Assembly: GCA_963718665.1 (NCBI GenBank)
Contig: OY970359.1
Location: 2,336,001-2,400,000, forward strand
Reading direction: 5' to 3'
Origin: an uncultured Phycisphaerales bacterium
GTDB lineage: Bacteria; Planctomycetota; Phycisphaerae; Sedimentisphaerales; Anaerobacaceae
DNA: 64,000 bases
The position numbers and the translations under genes were made by a program. Of this stretch, positions 41,036 to 51,477 are shown piece by piece. The notes beneath the pieces were generated by a model that worked only from the letters and a program-made list of their open reading frames with translations, searched no databases and was not told the origin of the DNA. Positions within the stretch are counted from its first letter, which is position 1, and every line of letters starts with the position of its first letter.

Positions 41036-42781
41036 ATGAACCATCGAACAAACGCCGCGTGGTTTTTCCTATTATTTCTTCTCGCAGGCGTTATTACACT
41101 CCAAATTTTATCGATGATCCGGTCGGACCGCCTTTACGTCGCACTCAACAAAATAGAACGGAGCATCGAAGGCGATGATTCACAGGCAAAACCGGAAACC
41201 GCGTCGAAAATTTTTCAGTCCTCCGGCGAAACATATCCCGGTGATGACGGCGACTGGCTAATCTGGGCGTTTAGGGTTGAGCCGAAGACGCTGAACCAGA
41301 TAAACGCGGAGAACGACATTTACTCTCGCTGGATTACAATGTCTGCTATTTTTGAGCCGTTGATGGTTTATGATTTTGACGAGGTGAAGCTTAAGCCGCA
41401 CCTTGCGGAAAGCGTTGATATTTCCAGAGACGGCCTTGAGATTACGTTTCATCTTCGCGATGACATTCACTTTTCCGATGGCGTCCCGATTACCGCGGAT
41501 GATGTTATATTCACCTATCAAACCGTCATAGACCCAAACGTTGACGCCGCGAATCTTGCGAATATGTATGTTGATGTTGACCGGGTTGAGAAAATCAGCG
41601 ACCGCGTTGTCAAATTTTATATGAAACAGCCGTATTTCAAGGCCCTTGAGGTGCTTTCGTTCTGGGACATAGGAATTTATCCAAAACACATTTATCAGTT
41701 CAAAGACGCCAAAGAGTTCAACAAACGGGTTTCTGAGCCCATAGGCAGCGGCCCGTATGTTTTCGAACGTTGGGACGTAGGCAAGCAGATTGTCCTTCGC
41801 AGGAACGAAAATTACTGGGGCCGCAAGCCGCATATAAAAAAAATAGTGTATAAATTCATAAATAATTCGATTGCCGCGGCTCAGGCGCTTAAGGCGCACC
41901 AGGTTGATATTATTGTCGCACATGATTCCGAGCTGTTCGCCAATTTTGACGCCGACGAAGAGTTCAAAAAGGAGTTTTCTTGCCTGGCTTATTGGAACCC
42001 CGGCGTTCCTTTTTATTACATTGGCTATAACGAGGATTTGCCTTTTTTCTCGGATGCGCGGGTTCGTATGGCGATGACGCTGAATATTAATCGTGAGCTA
42101 ATCATATCAAAGCTGCTTAAGGGCTACGGCCAGGCAATCACGGGGCCATTTTATAGCAAGGGGACACAAAACGACCCTGCTATTAAGTCATGGCCATACG
42201 ACCCCGAGCAGGCGAAAAAACTGCTCGATGAGGCCGGCTGGATTGATCATGACGGTGACGGAGTCAGGGATAAAGACGGTGTCGTTTTCCGGTTCAGGCT
42301 TTCATACGCTGCCGGTGACTCTTTGTATGAACGCTTGGCGGTGTTACTGAAGGACGAGATGGCCAAAATCGGTATCGAGGTCATTCCTGACCCTTACGAG
42401 TGGTCGGCCCTGCTGCCTAAAATCACCGAAAGACATTTCGAGGCGATGATTATGGGCTGGGGCGGGGATATTGTCGAGGACTACTACCCGGTTTTCCATT
42501 CCTCGCAAATCGGCAAAGGCGGTTATAACTATGTCGGCTTCCGTAATTTGGAAGCCGATACGATATTAGAGCAAATCCGTCGCACTATCGACATCGGTCA
42601 GCAGGACGTTCTTTGTCATCGGCTGCACAGGATTCTGCATGAGCAGGAGCCCTACACCTTATTATTTGCCAGGCCGACGTTTCGTCTTGTTGATAAACGC
42701 TTCGAAAACGTTAAGATTCATAACATGGGCCTGAATTATTTTGAGTGGTATGTGCCGAAGGAAAAACAAAGATATAAATAA
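41036..42781 (+). CDS. Peptide ABC transporter substrate-binding protein
   Basis: LA.S..IS.DG...TF.LR....FSDG.P.TA.DV and GSGPY motifs (SBP family 5). Confidence 0.93.
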   Translation: MNHRTNAAWFFLLFLLAGVITLQILSMIRSDRLYVALNKIERSIEGDDSQAKPETASKIFQSSGETYPGDDGDWLIWAFRVEPKTLNQINAENDIYSRWITMSAIFEPLMVYDFDEVKLKPHLAESVDISRDGLEITFHLRDDIHFSDGVPITADDVIFTYQTVIDPNVDAANLANMYVDVDRVEKISDRVVKFYMKQPYFKALEVLSFWDIGIYPKHIYQFKDAKEFNKRVSEPIGSGPYVFERWDVGKQIVLRRNENYWGRKPHIKKIVYKFINNSIAAAQALKAHQVDIIVAHDSELFANFDADEEFKKEFSCLAYWNPGVPFYYIGYNEDLPFFSDARVRMAMTLNINRELIISKLLKGYGQAITGPFYSKGTQNDPAIKSWPYDPEQAKKLLDEAGWIDHDGDGVRDKDGVVFRFRLSYAAGDSLYERLAVLLKDEMAKIGIEVIPDPYEWSALLPKITERHFEAMIMGWGGDIVEDYYPVFHSSQIGKGGYNYVGFRNLEADTILEQIRRTIDIGQQDVLCHRLHRILHEQEPYTLLFARPTFRLVDKRFENVKIHNMGLNYFEWYVPKEKQRYK

Positions 42782-42792
42782 AGGACGATTTT

Positions 42793-44556
42793 ATGAACGG
42801 ACGGTCGGGCATATTCAAATTCTTTTTGTTTTTGTTTCTCAGCATAATCATACTTTTACAGTTTCTTTCGATGATTCAAAGCGACCGTCTGTACGAGCGG
42901 CTAAACACTCTTATCAGCCGGTTGGAAAGCTCAACGGTATCTGCACCTGTCCGGACAGAAGAAAAGACCACACCATCCAAACCATCCAATAAGAGTGAGT
43001 CCATTTTTGCGGCATATCCAGGAGACGAGGGCGACTGGCTGATTCGTAACCTGGAAGGCGAACCGGCCACTTTGTGCGATTTTCTTGCCACTTCGGAGTG
43101 GAGTTCACGCTGGATAGTATCGGGTAATATCTTTGAGTCAATGATTGAATACGAGCCGGACGAGTTTAAATACAGGGGCCGGCTTGCGGAAAAATTCTCC
43201 ATTTCCGATGACGGCCTGGTCATTTATTTCAAGCTGAGAGATAATATCTGGTTTTCGGATGGCCACCCGGTTACTACAGACGATGTCATTTTCACTTACA
43301 ATACAATCACTGACCCCAATATCGACGCCGCGAGTTACGCCAACTATTTCCGCGACGTGGATCATTACGAGAAAATAAACGACAAGGAAATCAAGTTTTA
43401 TATGAAAAGAGTGTATTTCCTCTCGCTTGGTTATCTCGGGGGCATGACCATTTATCCCGAGCATATTTACAAATATAAGAATGCTCGCGAGTTCAATGAA
43501 CGCAGAAGCAATCCTGTCGGCACAGGACCATACGTATTTGAAAAATGGGACGTAGGCCGACAAATTGTCCTGCGGCGAAACGAAAATTACTGGGGGCCGA
43601 AGCCGAAAATCAGGAAACTGGTATTTCCCTTTATTACCAACACGACCGCTGAGCTGCAGGCGCTATTGGCGGGCCAGATTGATTATATGAGACCCGTGCC
43701 CGACCAATATGCCGAGAAGTCCAATGATGAGAGTTTCAAAAAGGACTTCTATTGCCTCTCTTATTGGGACGCGGCCAACACGGGCTATTTCTGGATTGGC
43801 TGGAACGAAGCGAGGCCGTTTTTCGCGGATAAGAAAGTTCGTCTTGCGATGACCTATCTGATTGACAGGGATTCAATCATAAAACATATCCTGCGAAATC
43901 CCGAAGCGCGGATTCCAACAGGCACTTTTTATATATATGGCAAACAAGGCGACCCGAACATCAAGCCCTGGCCATACGACCTCGAAAAGGCAAAGCAACT
44001 GCTCGACGAGGCCGGGTGGATTGACCACGACGGCGACGGCATACGCGACAAAAACGGCGTCCCGTTCCGTTTTAAGTATATGATTGCTGCCGATTTGGCC
44101 CTGCACGAGCAAATCGCCAAATTAGTTAAAGACGCTGCTGCCAGCGTAGGTATCGAGGTTTTGCTTGACCCATACGAATGGTCGGTTTTTTCCCAGAAGG
44201 TACAAAATAGAGATTTTGACGCGGTAAGTATGGCCTGGGGCGGTGGTATTGAGGAGGATCCTTATCAGATATGGCATTCATCGCAAAGGCAGAAGGGGTC
44301 CAATTACATTGATTTCAATAACCCGGCAGCCGATGCTTTAATTGAGCAGGCCAGACAAACCCTCGACCCCGATAAACGAAATGCCCTATATCATCAGTTC
44401 GACAGGATAATACACGAAGAGCAGCCATATACGTTTATTTACACCCGGCCGGAACAACGATTTCTTGATAAGCGTTTTCAAAATGTGACAATTCACAAAC
44501 TCGGCATCAACGAGCTTGAATGGTATGTCCCCACCCAGTTCCAGAAATATAAATGA
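42793..44556 (+). CDS. Peptide ABC transporter substrate-binding protein (paralog)
   Basis: Same family-5 motifs. Confidence 0.93.
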   Translation: MNGRSGIFKFFLFLFLSIIILLQFLSMIQSDRLYERLNTLISRLESSTVSAPVRTEEKTTPSKPSNKSESIFAAYPGDEGDWLIRNLEGEPATLCDFLATSEWSSRWIVSGNIFESMIEYEPDEFKYRGRLAEKFSISDDGLVIYFKLRDNIWFSDGHPVTTDDVIFTYNTITDPNIDAASYANYFRDVDHYEKINDKEIKFYMKRVYFLSLGYLGGMTIYPEHIYKYKNAREFNERRSNPVGTGPYVFEKWDVGRQIVLRRNENYWGPKPKIRKLVFPFITNTTAELQALLAGQIDYMRPVPDQYAEKSNDESFKKDFYCLSYWDAANTGYFWIGWNEARPFFADKKVRLAMTYLIDRDSIIKHILRNPEARIPTGTFYIYGKQGDPNIKPWPYDLEKAKQLLDEAGWIDHDGDGIRDKNGVPFRFKYMIAADLALHEQIAKLVKDAAASVGIEVLLDPYEWSVFSQKVQNRDFDAVSMAWGGGIEEDPYQIWHSSQRQKGSNYIDFNNPAADALIEQARQTLDPDKRNALYHQFDRIIHEEQPYTFIYTRPEQRFLDKRFQNVTIHKLGINELEWYVPTQFQKYK

Positions 44557-45548
44557 CGACGTATATAATTAGAAGATTGTTTTTGATGATACCCACGCTG
44601 CTGGGTATTACGATTGTTGTGTTCGCCATAAGCCGAATGGCGCCGGGCAATCCCGTGACTTTGTCTATGGGGCCGAGCGGTATGATGGACGCCCAGCGGG
44701 CTGCCGACGTCCGTGCGGCGAGGATGAAACTCTACGGCCTCGATAAGCCGGTTTACGTTCAGTATGCTATCTGGCTTGGCAGGGTGGCGCGACTTGATTT
44801 CGCCGACTCAATCAAGCATCATCGTCCCGTCATTGACCTCATCAAAGAACGCCTTCCCATTACGCTTACCCTTAATCTTATATCTTTCGTTATCATTTAC
44901 GCTATTTCAATACCTATGGGTATTCTCTCGGCGGTGGGACGCAAAAAGTTTCTTGACCGTGCCAGCTCCGTTATGCTGCTGATGCTGTGGTCATTGCCTT
45001 CGATGTGGGTGGGGCAGATGCTAATTGGTTATCTTTGCGGACCGCCTCTCAACTGGTTTCCGCCCGCGGGCCTGTCCAGCAATGACGCGGAGCAGTTCCC
45101 GTTTTTCCAGTGGCTTGCCGACCGCCTATGGCATCTTGTGCTTCCGGTCTTTTGTCTTACCTATGCTGGTTTCGCGTATCTGACAAAACTGGTCCGGGCG
45201 GGGATGCTCGAAAACCTCCGTGCTGATTATGTCCGCACCGCAAGGGCAAAAGGGCTTTCGAATTGGGCGGTCACATTCCATCATGCCTTTAGAAACAGCG
45301 TAATTCCGGTCATAACCATTATGGCGACCCTGCTGCCCGCGATGTTCGGCGGCTCAGTCATAATCGAGCGGATTTTCAGCGTCTCCGGTATGGGGCTGCT
45401 TGCTTTCGAGGCGGTTACCACGCGTGATTACAATGTTGTTATGGGTGTTGCCACAATAGCCGGCGTTTTGAATTTGATAGGACTGCTTATGGCGGACATC
45501 GCCTACGCGGTTGCGGACCCGCGAATAAGTTTTGAGTCAGCGGTGTAA
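44553..45548 (+). CDS. Peptide ABC permease (OppB/DppB-like)
   Basis: YIIRRL, DYVRTARAKGL and D.AYA..DPRI motifs. Confidence 0.95.
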   Translation: MTTYIIRRLFLMIPTLLGITIVVFAISRMAPGNPVTLSMGPSGMMDAQRAADVRAARMKLYGLDKPVYVQYAIWLGRVARLDFADSIKHHRPVIDLIKERLPITLTLNLISFVIIYAISIPMGILSAVGRKKFLDRASSVMLLMLWSLPSMWVGQMLIGYLCGPPLNWFPPAGLSSNDAEQFPFFQWLADRLWHLVLPVFCLTYAGFAYLTKLVRAGMLENLRADYVRTARAKGLSNWAVTFHHAFRNSVIPVITIMATLLPAMFGGSVIIERIFSVSGMGLLAFEAVTTRDYNVVMGVATIAGVLNLIGLLMADIAYAVADPRISFESAV

Positions 45549-45554
45549 AGCTTT

Positions 45555-46751
45555 ATGAGCGAAAACAAACAAAAAACCTGGGGCACATCATACGGCGAAA
45601 TGGTCTGGCACGAGTTCGCCAAAAGCAAGTTCACGCTTTGCTGGCTGGGCTTTATAATCCTGCTGTTTGTGTTTGCTATTTTCGCCCCGTTTCTCGCTAA
45701 TGATAAGCCCTTCGTTATCAAAATCGACGGCCAACTGCACTGGCCCTTGTTCAAAGCGTTTACCGCGAGCGACTACAGTATTTTCTTGGCCGCGACTGTC
45801 GCTGTGATACAATTACTGCTTGTTTTGCGAAACCGAAAAAACGTTGACCCGTCGATTCGCTCAGGCGTTTTATGGCGGCAGATTTTCATAAGCGTCATTG
45901 TTGTCCTCGCTGGCATTATACTCCTGTATATCTTTATACCTCGCCGGCTCGATGCCACCGATTACAAGTCGATGCTCGTCTCCGGCAAAGCGACAAATGC
46001 CGTATTCGCCCCCGTTCCTTATGGTTATGGCAGGACCGATTTAAAGGTTCGGGAACAGCCGCCAAATCGGCAGCACTGGCTCGGCACCGACGATGTCGGC
46101 TCCGATGTCCTATGTCGGCTTATTCACGGTAGTAGAATTTCGTTATCCGTCGGCTTTGTCGCCGTCGGCATATCGAGCATCATCGGAATCATCATTGGCG
46201 CAATCCTTGGCTACTTTGGCGGTAAAATCGATTTCCTCGGTATGCGCCTCGTCGAGATTATGATGGCTGTCCCCGTCTTTTTCCTCATCATCACAATTGT
46301 CGCGTTTTTCCCCCGAAGCTTATTCAACATAATGCTGATAATAGGCCTTACCACGTGGACCGATGATGCGCGTTTTGTCCGCGCGGAATTTTTCAAACTC
46401 CGCAGGCAGGATTTCGTCCAGGCGGCTGTCTCACTGGGCCTGCCCCTGCGAAGCATCCTTTTCAAGCATATGCTGCCCAACGCCATCGCGCCTGTTCTGG
46501 TCAATGCGACCTTTGGCATCGCCGGTGCGATATTCATTGAAGCCGCTCTTAGCTTCCTCGGTTTCGGCGTTGCACCTCCGACGCCAAGCTGGGGACAAAT
46601 ACTCAGTTTGGGCGTCAGCACAACGGGCAGATTCCTATGGTGGCTTACTTTGTTCCCGGGTCTGGCTATATTCTTCACGGTTCTTGCGTATAACCTTGTC
46701 GGAGAAACGCTGCGGGATGCCATTGACCCCCGGTTGAGGGAATCGACGTGA
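45555..46751 (+). CDS. Peptide ABC permease (OppC/DppC-like)
   Basis: HWLGTD..G.D, KHMLPN and GE.LRDA.DP motifs. Confidence 0.95.
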   Translation: MSENKQKTWGTSYGEMVWHEFAKSKFTLCWLGFIILLFVFAIFAPFLANDKPFVIKIDGQLHWPLFKAFTASDYSIFLAATVAVIQLLLVLRNRKNVDPSIRSGVLWRQIFISVIVVLAGIILLYIFIPRRLDATDYKSMLVSGKATNAVFAPVPYGYGRTDLKVREQPPNRQHWLGTDDVGSDVLCRLIHGSRISLSVGFVAVGISSIIGIIIGAILGYFGGKIDFLGMRLVEIMMAVPVFFLIITIVAFFPRSLFNIMLIIGLTTWTDDARFVRAEFFKLRRQDFVQAAVSLGLPLRSILFKHMLPNAIAPVLVNATFGIAGAIFIEAALSFLGFGVAPPTPSWGQILSLGVSTTGRFLWWLTLFPGLAIFFTVLAYNLVGETLRDAIDPRLREST

Positions 46752-47755
46752 GCGATAAAGGCATACTACTGGATATCAAAGGCCTTTGCGTTAATTTCTT
46801 TACCGAGAACGGTGTCGCAAAAGCCGTGCAGGACGTCAGTTTCTCTGTGAAAAAGGGCGAGACATTTGCGCTCGTCGGTGAAAGCGGCTGCGGCAAAAGC
46901 GTTACCGCGTTGTCCGTTATGCGTCTTATAGCCGACCCGCCGGGCAAAATCGTCGCGGGCGAAATAAATTTTGACAACCGAAACCTGCTTGAAATGTCTG
47001 AACAGCGAATGCGCTCCGTTCGTGGAAATCGCATCGCGATGATTTTCCAGGAGCCGATGACAAGTTTGAATCCTGTCTATACCATCGGCGAGCAGATTGT
47101 CGAGACAATCCGGCTTCATCAGAAAAAAAATGAAGTTGAGGCATGGGAACTTGCCACTGAAATGCTGCGAAAAGTCGGTATCTCCGACCCCGGCCAGCGC
47201 ATCACCGAATACCCGCACCAGATGTCCGGCGGGATGAGGCAGCGTGTGATGATTGCTATGGCAATATCCTGCAAACCCGAATTGCTCATCGCCGACGAAC
47301 CAACCACGGCGCTCGATGTCACTATCCAGGCGCAAATCCTCGACCTGCTTGACCAGCTCCAGAAACAAAGCCAAATGAGCGTTTTGCTGATAACCCATAA
47401 CCTCGGCATAGTTGCCGAACGTGCCAGGAATGTCGCCGTGATGTATGCCTCAAAAATTGCCGAATTGTCCGACTGTAAGTTCTTGTTTGACAATCCGTTA
47501 CATCCATATACGCAGGGTCTGCTAAAATCGCTTCCGCGCCTCGGCTTTACCGGCAAACGCCTTTACACAATTCCCGGCATAGTTCCGGAGCCGCTGCGTT
47601 TTCCCGCGGGCTGCAAATTTCATCCCCGATGTCCCATCGGTTGCAACGATAAAAGATGCCAGACAGTCGAGCCGCAGTTACGTCCGCTTGATAACGGCAG
47701 GGCGGTTGCCTGCTGGTTTGCGCCCGGCTATGAAAGGCCCGATGACCCGAAATGA
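46748..47755 (+). CDS. Peptide ABC ATPase (OppD/DppD-like)
   Basis: GESGCGKS, SGGMRQR and DEPTTALD motifs. Confidence 0.96.
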   Translation: MSDKGILLDIKGLCVNFFTENGVAKAVQDVSFSVKKGETFALVGESGCGKSVTALSVMRLIADPPGKIVAGEINFDNRNLLEMSEQRMRSVRGNRIAMIFQEPMTSLNPVYTIGEQIVETIRLHQKKNEVEAWELATEMLRKVGISDPGQRITEYPHQMSGGMRQRVMIAMAISCKPELLIADEPTTALDVTIQAQILDLLDQLQKQSQMSVLLITHNLGIVAERARNVAVMYASKIAELSDCKFLFDNPLHPYTQGLLKSLPRLGFTGKRLYTIPGIVPEPLRFPAGCKFHPRCPIGCNDKRCQTVEPQLRPLDNGRAVACWFAPGYERPDDPK

Positions 47756-48747
47756 ATACTGACGCCAATACAAACGGTTTCCTGCTCAAGGTTGACAACC
47801 TCAAAACCTACTTTCCCGTCAGGAAGGGATTATTGCGGCGCACCGTCGGCTACATAAAGGCCGTCGATGGCGTTTCACTTGCCGTCAAACCGGCGACGTC
47901 TTTCGGCCTGGTCGGTGAGAGCGGCTGCGGCAAAACCACCGTTGCCAGAAGCGTCCTTCGCCTGATACCCGTTACTTCCGGCAAAGTCATCTTTGATAAC
48001 ACCTATATTCTTGCTTTGGATTCTGTTCGTATGCGTGATATCCGTGCGGGCATAACCCTTGTCTTCCAGGATCCGTTCGGCTCACTCAATCCACGTATGA
48101 CCGTCGCCAACATCGTCGGCGAGCCGCTTAAAGTTCACAAAAAAATAACAGGGTCGGAGCTCACTGAACAGGTTCGCCTTATTCTTTCCAAGGTGGGTCT
48201 CTCGGCGGACGCTATAAATCGTTACCCGCACGAGTTCTCAGGCGGCCAGAGGCAGCGCATCGGCATTGCCCGCGCACTCATCCTCAAGCCCAAACTCGTC
48301 ATCTGTGATGAGCCGGTCAGCGCCCTCGATGTTTCCATTCAGTCCCAGATACTCAATCTTCTCAAGGACCTCCAGCAGGAGTTTTCTTTAACGTATCTGT
48401 TCATCGCGCACGACCTTGCCGTTGTCCAGTTTACCTGCGATATCGTGGCCGTGATGTATATGGGCAAAATCGTCGAGCAAGCTACCGTAAGCGAGCTTTA
48501 TAATAATCCTTTTCATCCCTATACAGTTGCCCTTATGGCCGCCATTCCCAAAATAAATGTATCTCCACAGGCCTCGACGCATCGGCTTAAAGGCGAAATT
48601 CCAAGTATTTTCAATCCGCCTCCCGGCTGCCCGTTTAACCCGAGATGCCAATTCGCAGGCGAAAATTGTTTCTCCAGGAACCCGTCTCTTGTGCCTGTTG
48701 CCGGAAATGATGAACACCTCATTGCCTGCTGGCATATAAAAAAGTGA
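47752..48747 (+). CDS. Peptide ABC ATPase (OppF/DppF-like)
   Basis: GESGCGKT, FSGGQRQR and DEPVSALD motifs. Confidence 0.96.
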   Translation: MNTDANTNGFLLKVDNLKTYFPVRKGLLRRTVGYIKAVDGVSLAVKPATSFGLVGESGCGKTTVARSVLRLIPVTSGKVIFDNTYILALDSVRMRDIRAGITLVFQDPFGSLNPRMTVANIVGEPLKVHKKITGSELTEQVRLILSKVGLSADAINRYPHEFSGGQRQRIGIARALILKPKLVICDEPVSALDVSIQSQILNLLKDLQQEFSLTYLFIAHDLAVVQFTCDIVAVMYMGKIVEQATVSELYNNPFHPYTVALMAAIPKINVSPQASTHRLKGEIPSIFNPPPGCPFNPRCQFAGENCFSRNPSLVPVAGNDEHLIACWHIKK

Positions 48748-48843
48748 ATTGTTTTATATTGGTGATTGTAAAATCTGCCGAAATAAAGGAAAATGGACTT
48801 CGATAATGTCATTTTAAGCGGATAATTGGATTGCGGGGTTAAT

Positions 48844-49206
48844 ATGGTCGAGGAAAAGCTTGGCCAAATCACAACTGAGGGCGATGTTGCCATTGTTACT
48901 TTCAAGAAAAGCTCGATAAGTAACGTCGAGGATATTTCTATTACCGCCGGGCATATCGCCAGGTTTATCGCGGACAGCCGCCCAAACCGGGTCATCTTCG
49001 ATTTCAAAGGCGTCAAGTTTTTCTCATCGAGGGTTCTTGGTCTGCTGCTCGAAACACGCGCCTCTTTGTCCTCTTATAACGGCGATGTGCTCATCAGCGG
49101 CATCAACCCGCAGCTTCACAGGGTATTCAAAATTACCAATCTCGACCAGGTATTTGAGTTTTTTCCGGATACCGAAAGTGCCTTAAAAGCAAAACGTTCT
49201 ACTTAG
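48844..49206 (+). CDS. STAS domain anti-sigma factor antagonist
   Basis: DF.GV.FFSS..LG.L...VFKIT.LD. Confidence 0.85.
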   Translation: MVEEKLGQITTEGDVAIVTFKKSSISNVEDISITAGHIARFIADSRPNRVIFDFKGVKFFSSRVLGLLLETRASLSSYNGDVLISGINPQLHRVFKITNLDQVFEFFPDTESALKAKRST

Positions 49207-49231
49207 GTCTTTTTTTGCAGGAGGCAACACT

Positions 49232-49684
49232 ATGTTTGTTACGATGCAGTTCTCAGTGTTTATGGTTAACAAGCCGGGCGTCCTCGCTCACATTCTCGCG
49301 GAATTTGCCAGGGCCAAAATCAATATCAATGCTATGACCGTGATGGATTCAGTTGAGCACGGGGTGTTGCGGGTAGTGCTCGATAATCCTGAAATGGGTG
49401 AAAAGATTCTAACTGCCGCCAACCTGCCCTTTAATAAGACCGAAGTGCTTTGCGTCAACCTCGACAACAGGTCGGGTGCTCTTGCCGGTGTCGCGGAAAA
49501 ACTTGCCGCTGGCCATATCAATATATCCTACGCATATTGCACCACGGGTGCAAAAGGCGGCAGGACCACCGGTATTCTCAAGGTCGCCGACGTCAAAAAG
49601 GCAATGAAAATTCTACAGGAAGGCAAAAAGGCGTCCAAATCGCAGCCGATTATTCGACGTCATCAGGCCTCTTCGAGAATGTAA
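49232..49684 (+). CDS. ACT domain protein
   Basis: QFSVF..NKPG.L...INI, occurring twice. Confidence 0.88.
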   Translation: MFVTMQFSVFMVNKPGVLAHILAEFARAKININAMTVMDSVEHGVLRVVLDNPEMGEKILTAANLPFNKTEVLCVNLDNRSGALAGVAEKLAAGHINISYAYCTTGAKGGRTTGILKVADVKKAMKILQEGKKASKSQPIIRRHQASSRM

Positions 49685-49704
49685 AAATCCTGCGGTTAAA
49701 ACGG

Positions 49705-49733
49705 TTGACACATCCTGTTTGAGCCGCTATATT
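49705..49733 (+). promoter_or_regulatory. Sigma70 promoter of tRNA-Asp
   Basis: TTGACA, 17 bp spacer, TATATT. Confidence 0.75.
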
Positions 49734-49744
49734 TATTACCATTC

Positions 49745-49818
49745 GGGGCCGTAGCTCAATTGGCTAGAGCATCGGACTGTCGATCCGAAGGTTGAGGGTT
49801 CGAGCCCCTTCGGCCTCG
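49745..49818 (+). tRNA. tRNA-Asp(GTC)
   Basis: GGGGCCG/CGGCCTC acceptor stem, TCGGA-CTGTCGA-TCCGA anticodon arm, TTCGAG T-loop. Confidence 0.96.
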
Positions 49819-49902
49819 TTGTTGCAACTTAAGGGCTGGCAAGCAGTTATGTTTGTCAGCTCTTTTGCATTTATGGCTCTTTGGTAGGGTGCGCAACAGG
49901 TG

Positions 49903-49966
49903 TATACTGCTCCCCGTTAAGAAATACTACCATACTTTGCACCATTTCTTAACGGGGAGCAGTATA
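49903..49966. repeat. 23-bp perfect inverted repeat (MITE or collapsed IS candidate)
   Basis: TATACTGCTCCCCGTTAAGAAAT-N18-ATTTCTTAACGGGGAGCAGTATA. Confidence 0.85.
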
Positions 49967-50081
49967 TGACGACGCACATTCTTATTTGTCCTCTTCTTCA
50001 TTTTGTTTTCTCTTTTTTTATTTTATTGACCGGTTGCTGCCCTGCAGCCCTAAAATTTTTTATAAATTTCCAATTTTTCTC

Positions 50082-50109
50082 TTGACATGCTCTGTGCCGG
50101 TGCTATAAT
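50082..50109 (+). promoter_or_regulatory. Consensus sigma70 promoter
   Basis: TTGACA, 16 bp spacer, TATAAT with TGn. Confidence 0.75.
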
Positions 50110-50251
50110 TTACTTCATCAAGTAGGGTGAGTAAGCGTAGAAGAGGAAGGTCAAGCGAGAATAATGTGTAGATGCGGTTGTATTGTGCCCGCGCAGATGG
50201 TCTGCTTTGCACAAGACAATAGGTACTTTTCTAATCCACAGAGGTGGGCAG

Positions 50252-50608
50252 ATGTACCAAAAAGCATCTATACTGGTCATCACTCTTGTTTCAGCAGTCG
50301 TATTTCCTTCAATTGTTTCTGCAGCAATCTCTACCGACCCAAGCGCCTTACCAGCATTTCGCAATCACATTACATTTACCGCTGGTTCAGCGCTATCTGG
50401 TTCTCTTGACTACGCCGTCTATGCGCCGGGCTCCTACGATGGCTCTTTAGCATTCCCGTCGAACGAATATGTTTACTGCTATCAGATTTTTGACGGCCCG
50501 AGTTCTACTGTCAATATCGATTATTTCTCTGTAGGCCTTTATCCGGGTGTTACCATGTGCGGCTTCGGCTGCCAGCGCATTTCCTATATCCGCAGAGAAA
50601 CTTTTTGA
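50252..50608 (+). pseudogene. Secreted protein, probably a truncated PEP-CTERM-type gene
   Basis: Signal peptide and DYAVYAPG...YVYCYQI; the C-terminus changes character abruptly and has no sorting signal. Confidence 0.5.
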
Positions 50609-50723
50609 AAAACCAGCAGGAGTGTAATCGCTAAACACTTCTTAAAGTTTGAATCGTTTTAATAAGAAATCCGACATTTTTGCCGGGAAAGATAGATCGG
50701 AAAAAATAGAAAGGAATATAGTT

Positions 50724-51347
50724 ATGAAAAAGTTAATGTTAATAACAGCTTTGCTGGCGATAATGGCAACACCTGCGCTGGCGACCACAAGTCTCGGATA
50801 CTGGCAGGAGGGTGCTCCTGGCACTACGCATGAATTCTGGGATTTCACGCCGGCTTCCGTGAATCTAGGTAATAATAACCAGTTCTACCCTGAAATCGAA
50901 TTCAATCCCAATGACGCTGGTAAACAGGTTTACGCACAGACAGTTCTTGGTACCTGGGATAGGATAAGCGATCTCACAGGCAACACGATTATTTTAGACT
51001 TGAAAATCAATGACTATACAACTGCAAACCCCTATAAGTATGTCTGGGTTAACTTAGGGCTAACAAATGGCAGCGTATTTGAGGATTCATTGGCGGGAGC
51101 CGCTCCCGGAGTCGACGTTGCCGTCACTAACCTCCCGGGACCTGGACCTGGAACAGGAGCTGATTTCGGCTTTTTAGTCGAGCCAAATCCGTACTTTGAA
51201 GACATTTTAATTAATATTCACGCGGATTCAGTTAATGCACCTGCTGTTCTGGATTGGATTGACGTCGATACCATCTGCACCCCCGAACCCGCCACGCTCT
51301 TGCTGCTTGGCTTAGGTGCGGTGATTGCGAAAAAAAGGCGGCGGTAG
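50724..51347 (+). CDS. PEP-CTERM sorting domain protein
   Basis: Signal peptide; C-terminal TPEPATLLLLGLGAVIAKKRRR. Confidence 0.93.
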   Translation: MKKLMLITALLAIMATPALATTSLGYWQEGAPGTTHEFWDFTPASVNLGNNNQFYPEIEFNPNDAGKQVYAQTVLGTWDRISDLTGNTIILDLKINDYTTANPYKYVWVNLGLTNGSVFEDSLAGAAPGVDVAVTNLPGPGPGTGADFGFLVEPNPYFEDILINIHADSVNAPAVLDWIDVDTICTPEPATLLLLGLGAVIAKKRRR

Positions 51348-51383
51348 TAGAAGTTTCTCCGCTGGGGGTTTTCAACTTTCCCA

Positions 51384-51471
51384 GGCCCGTCCCTTAGGGA
51401 CGGGGCCAACGCCGCGATGGACTTGGCCATCCCTGACGGGAAGCGTCCCTTCCGGGACGGGGTCATCTCAC
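51384..51471 (+). mobile_element. Miniature IS200/IS605-like palindromic element (PATE-like)
   Basis: Two related hairpins, CCCGTCCCTTAGGGACGGG and GAAGCGTCCCTTCCGGGACGGGG, ending ...TCAC. Confidence 0.45.
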
Positions 51472-51477
51472 AAAAAC

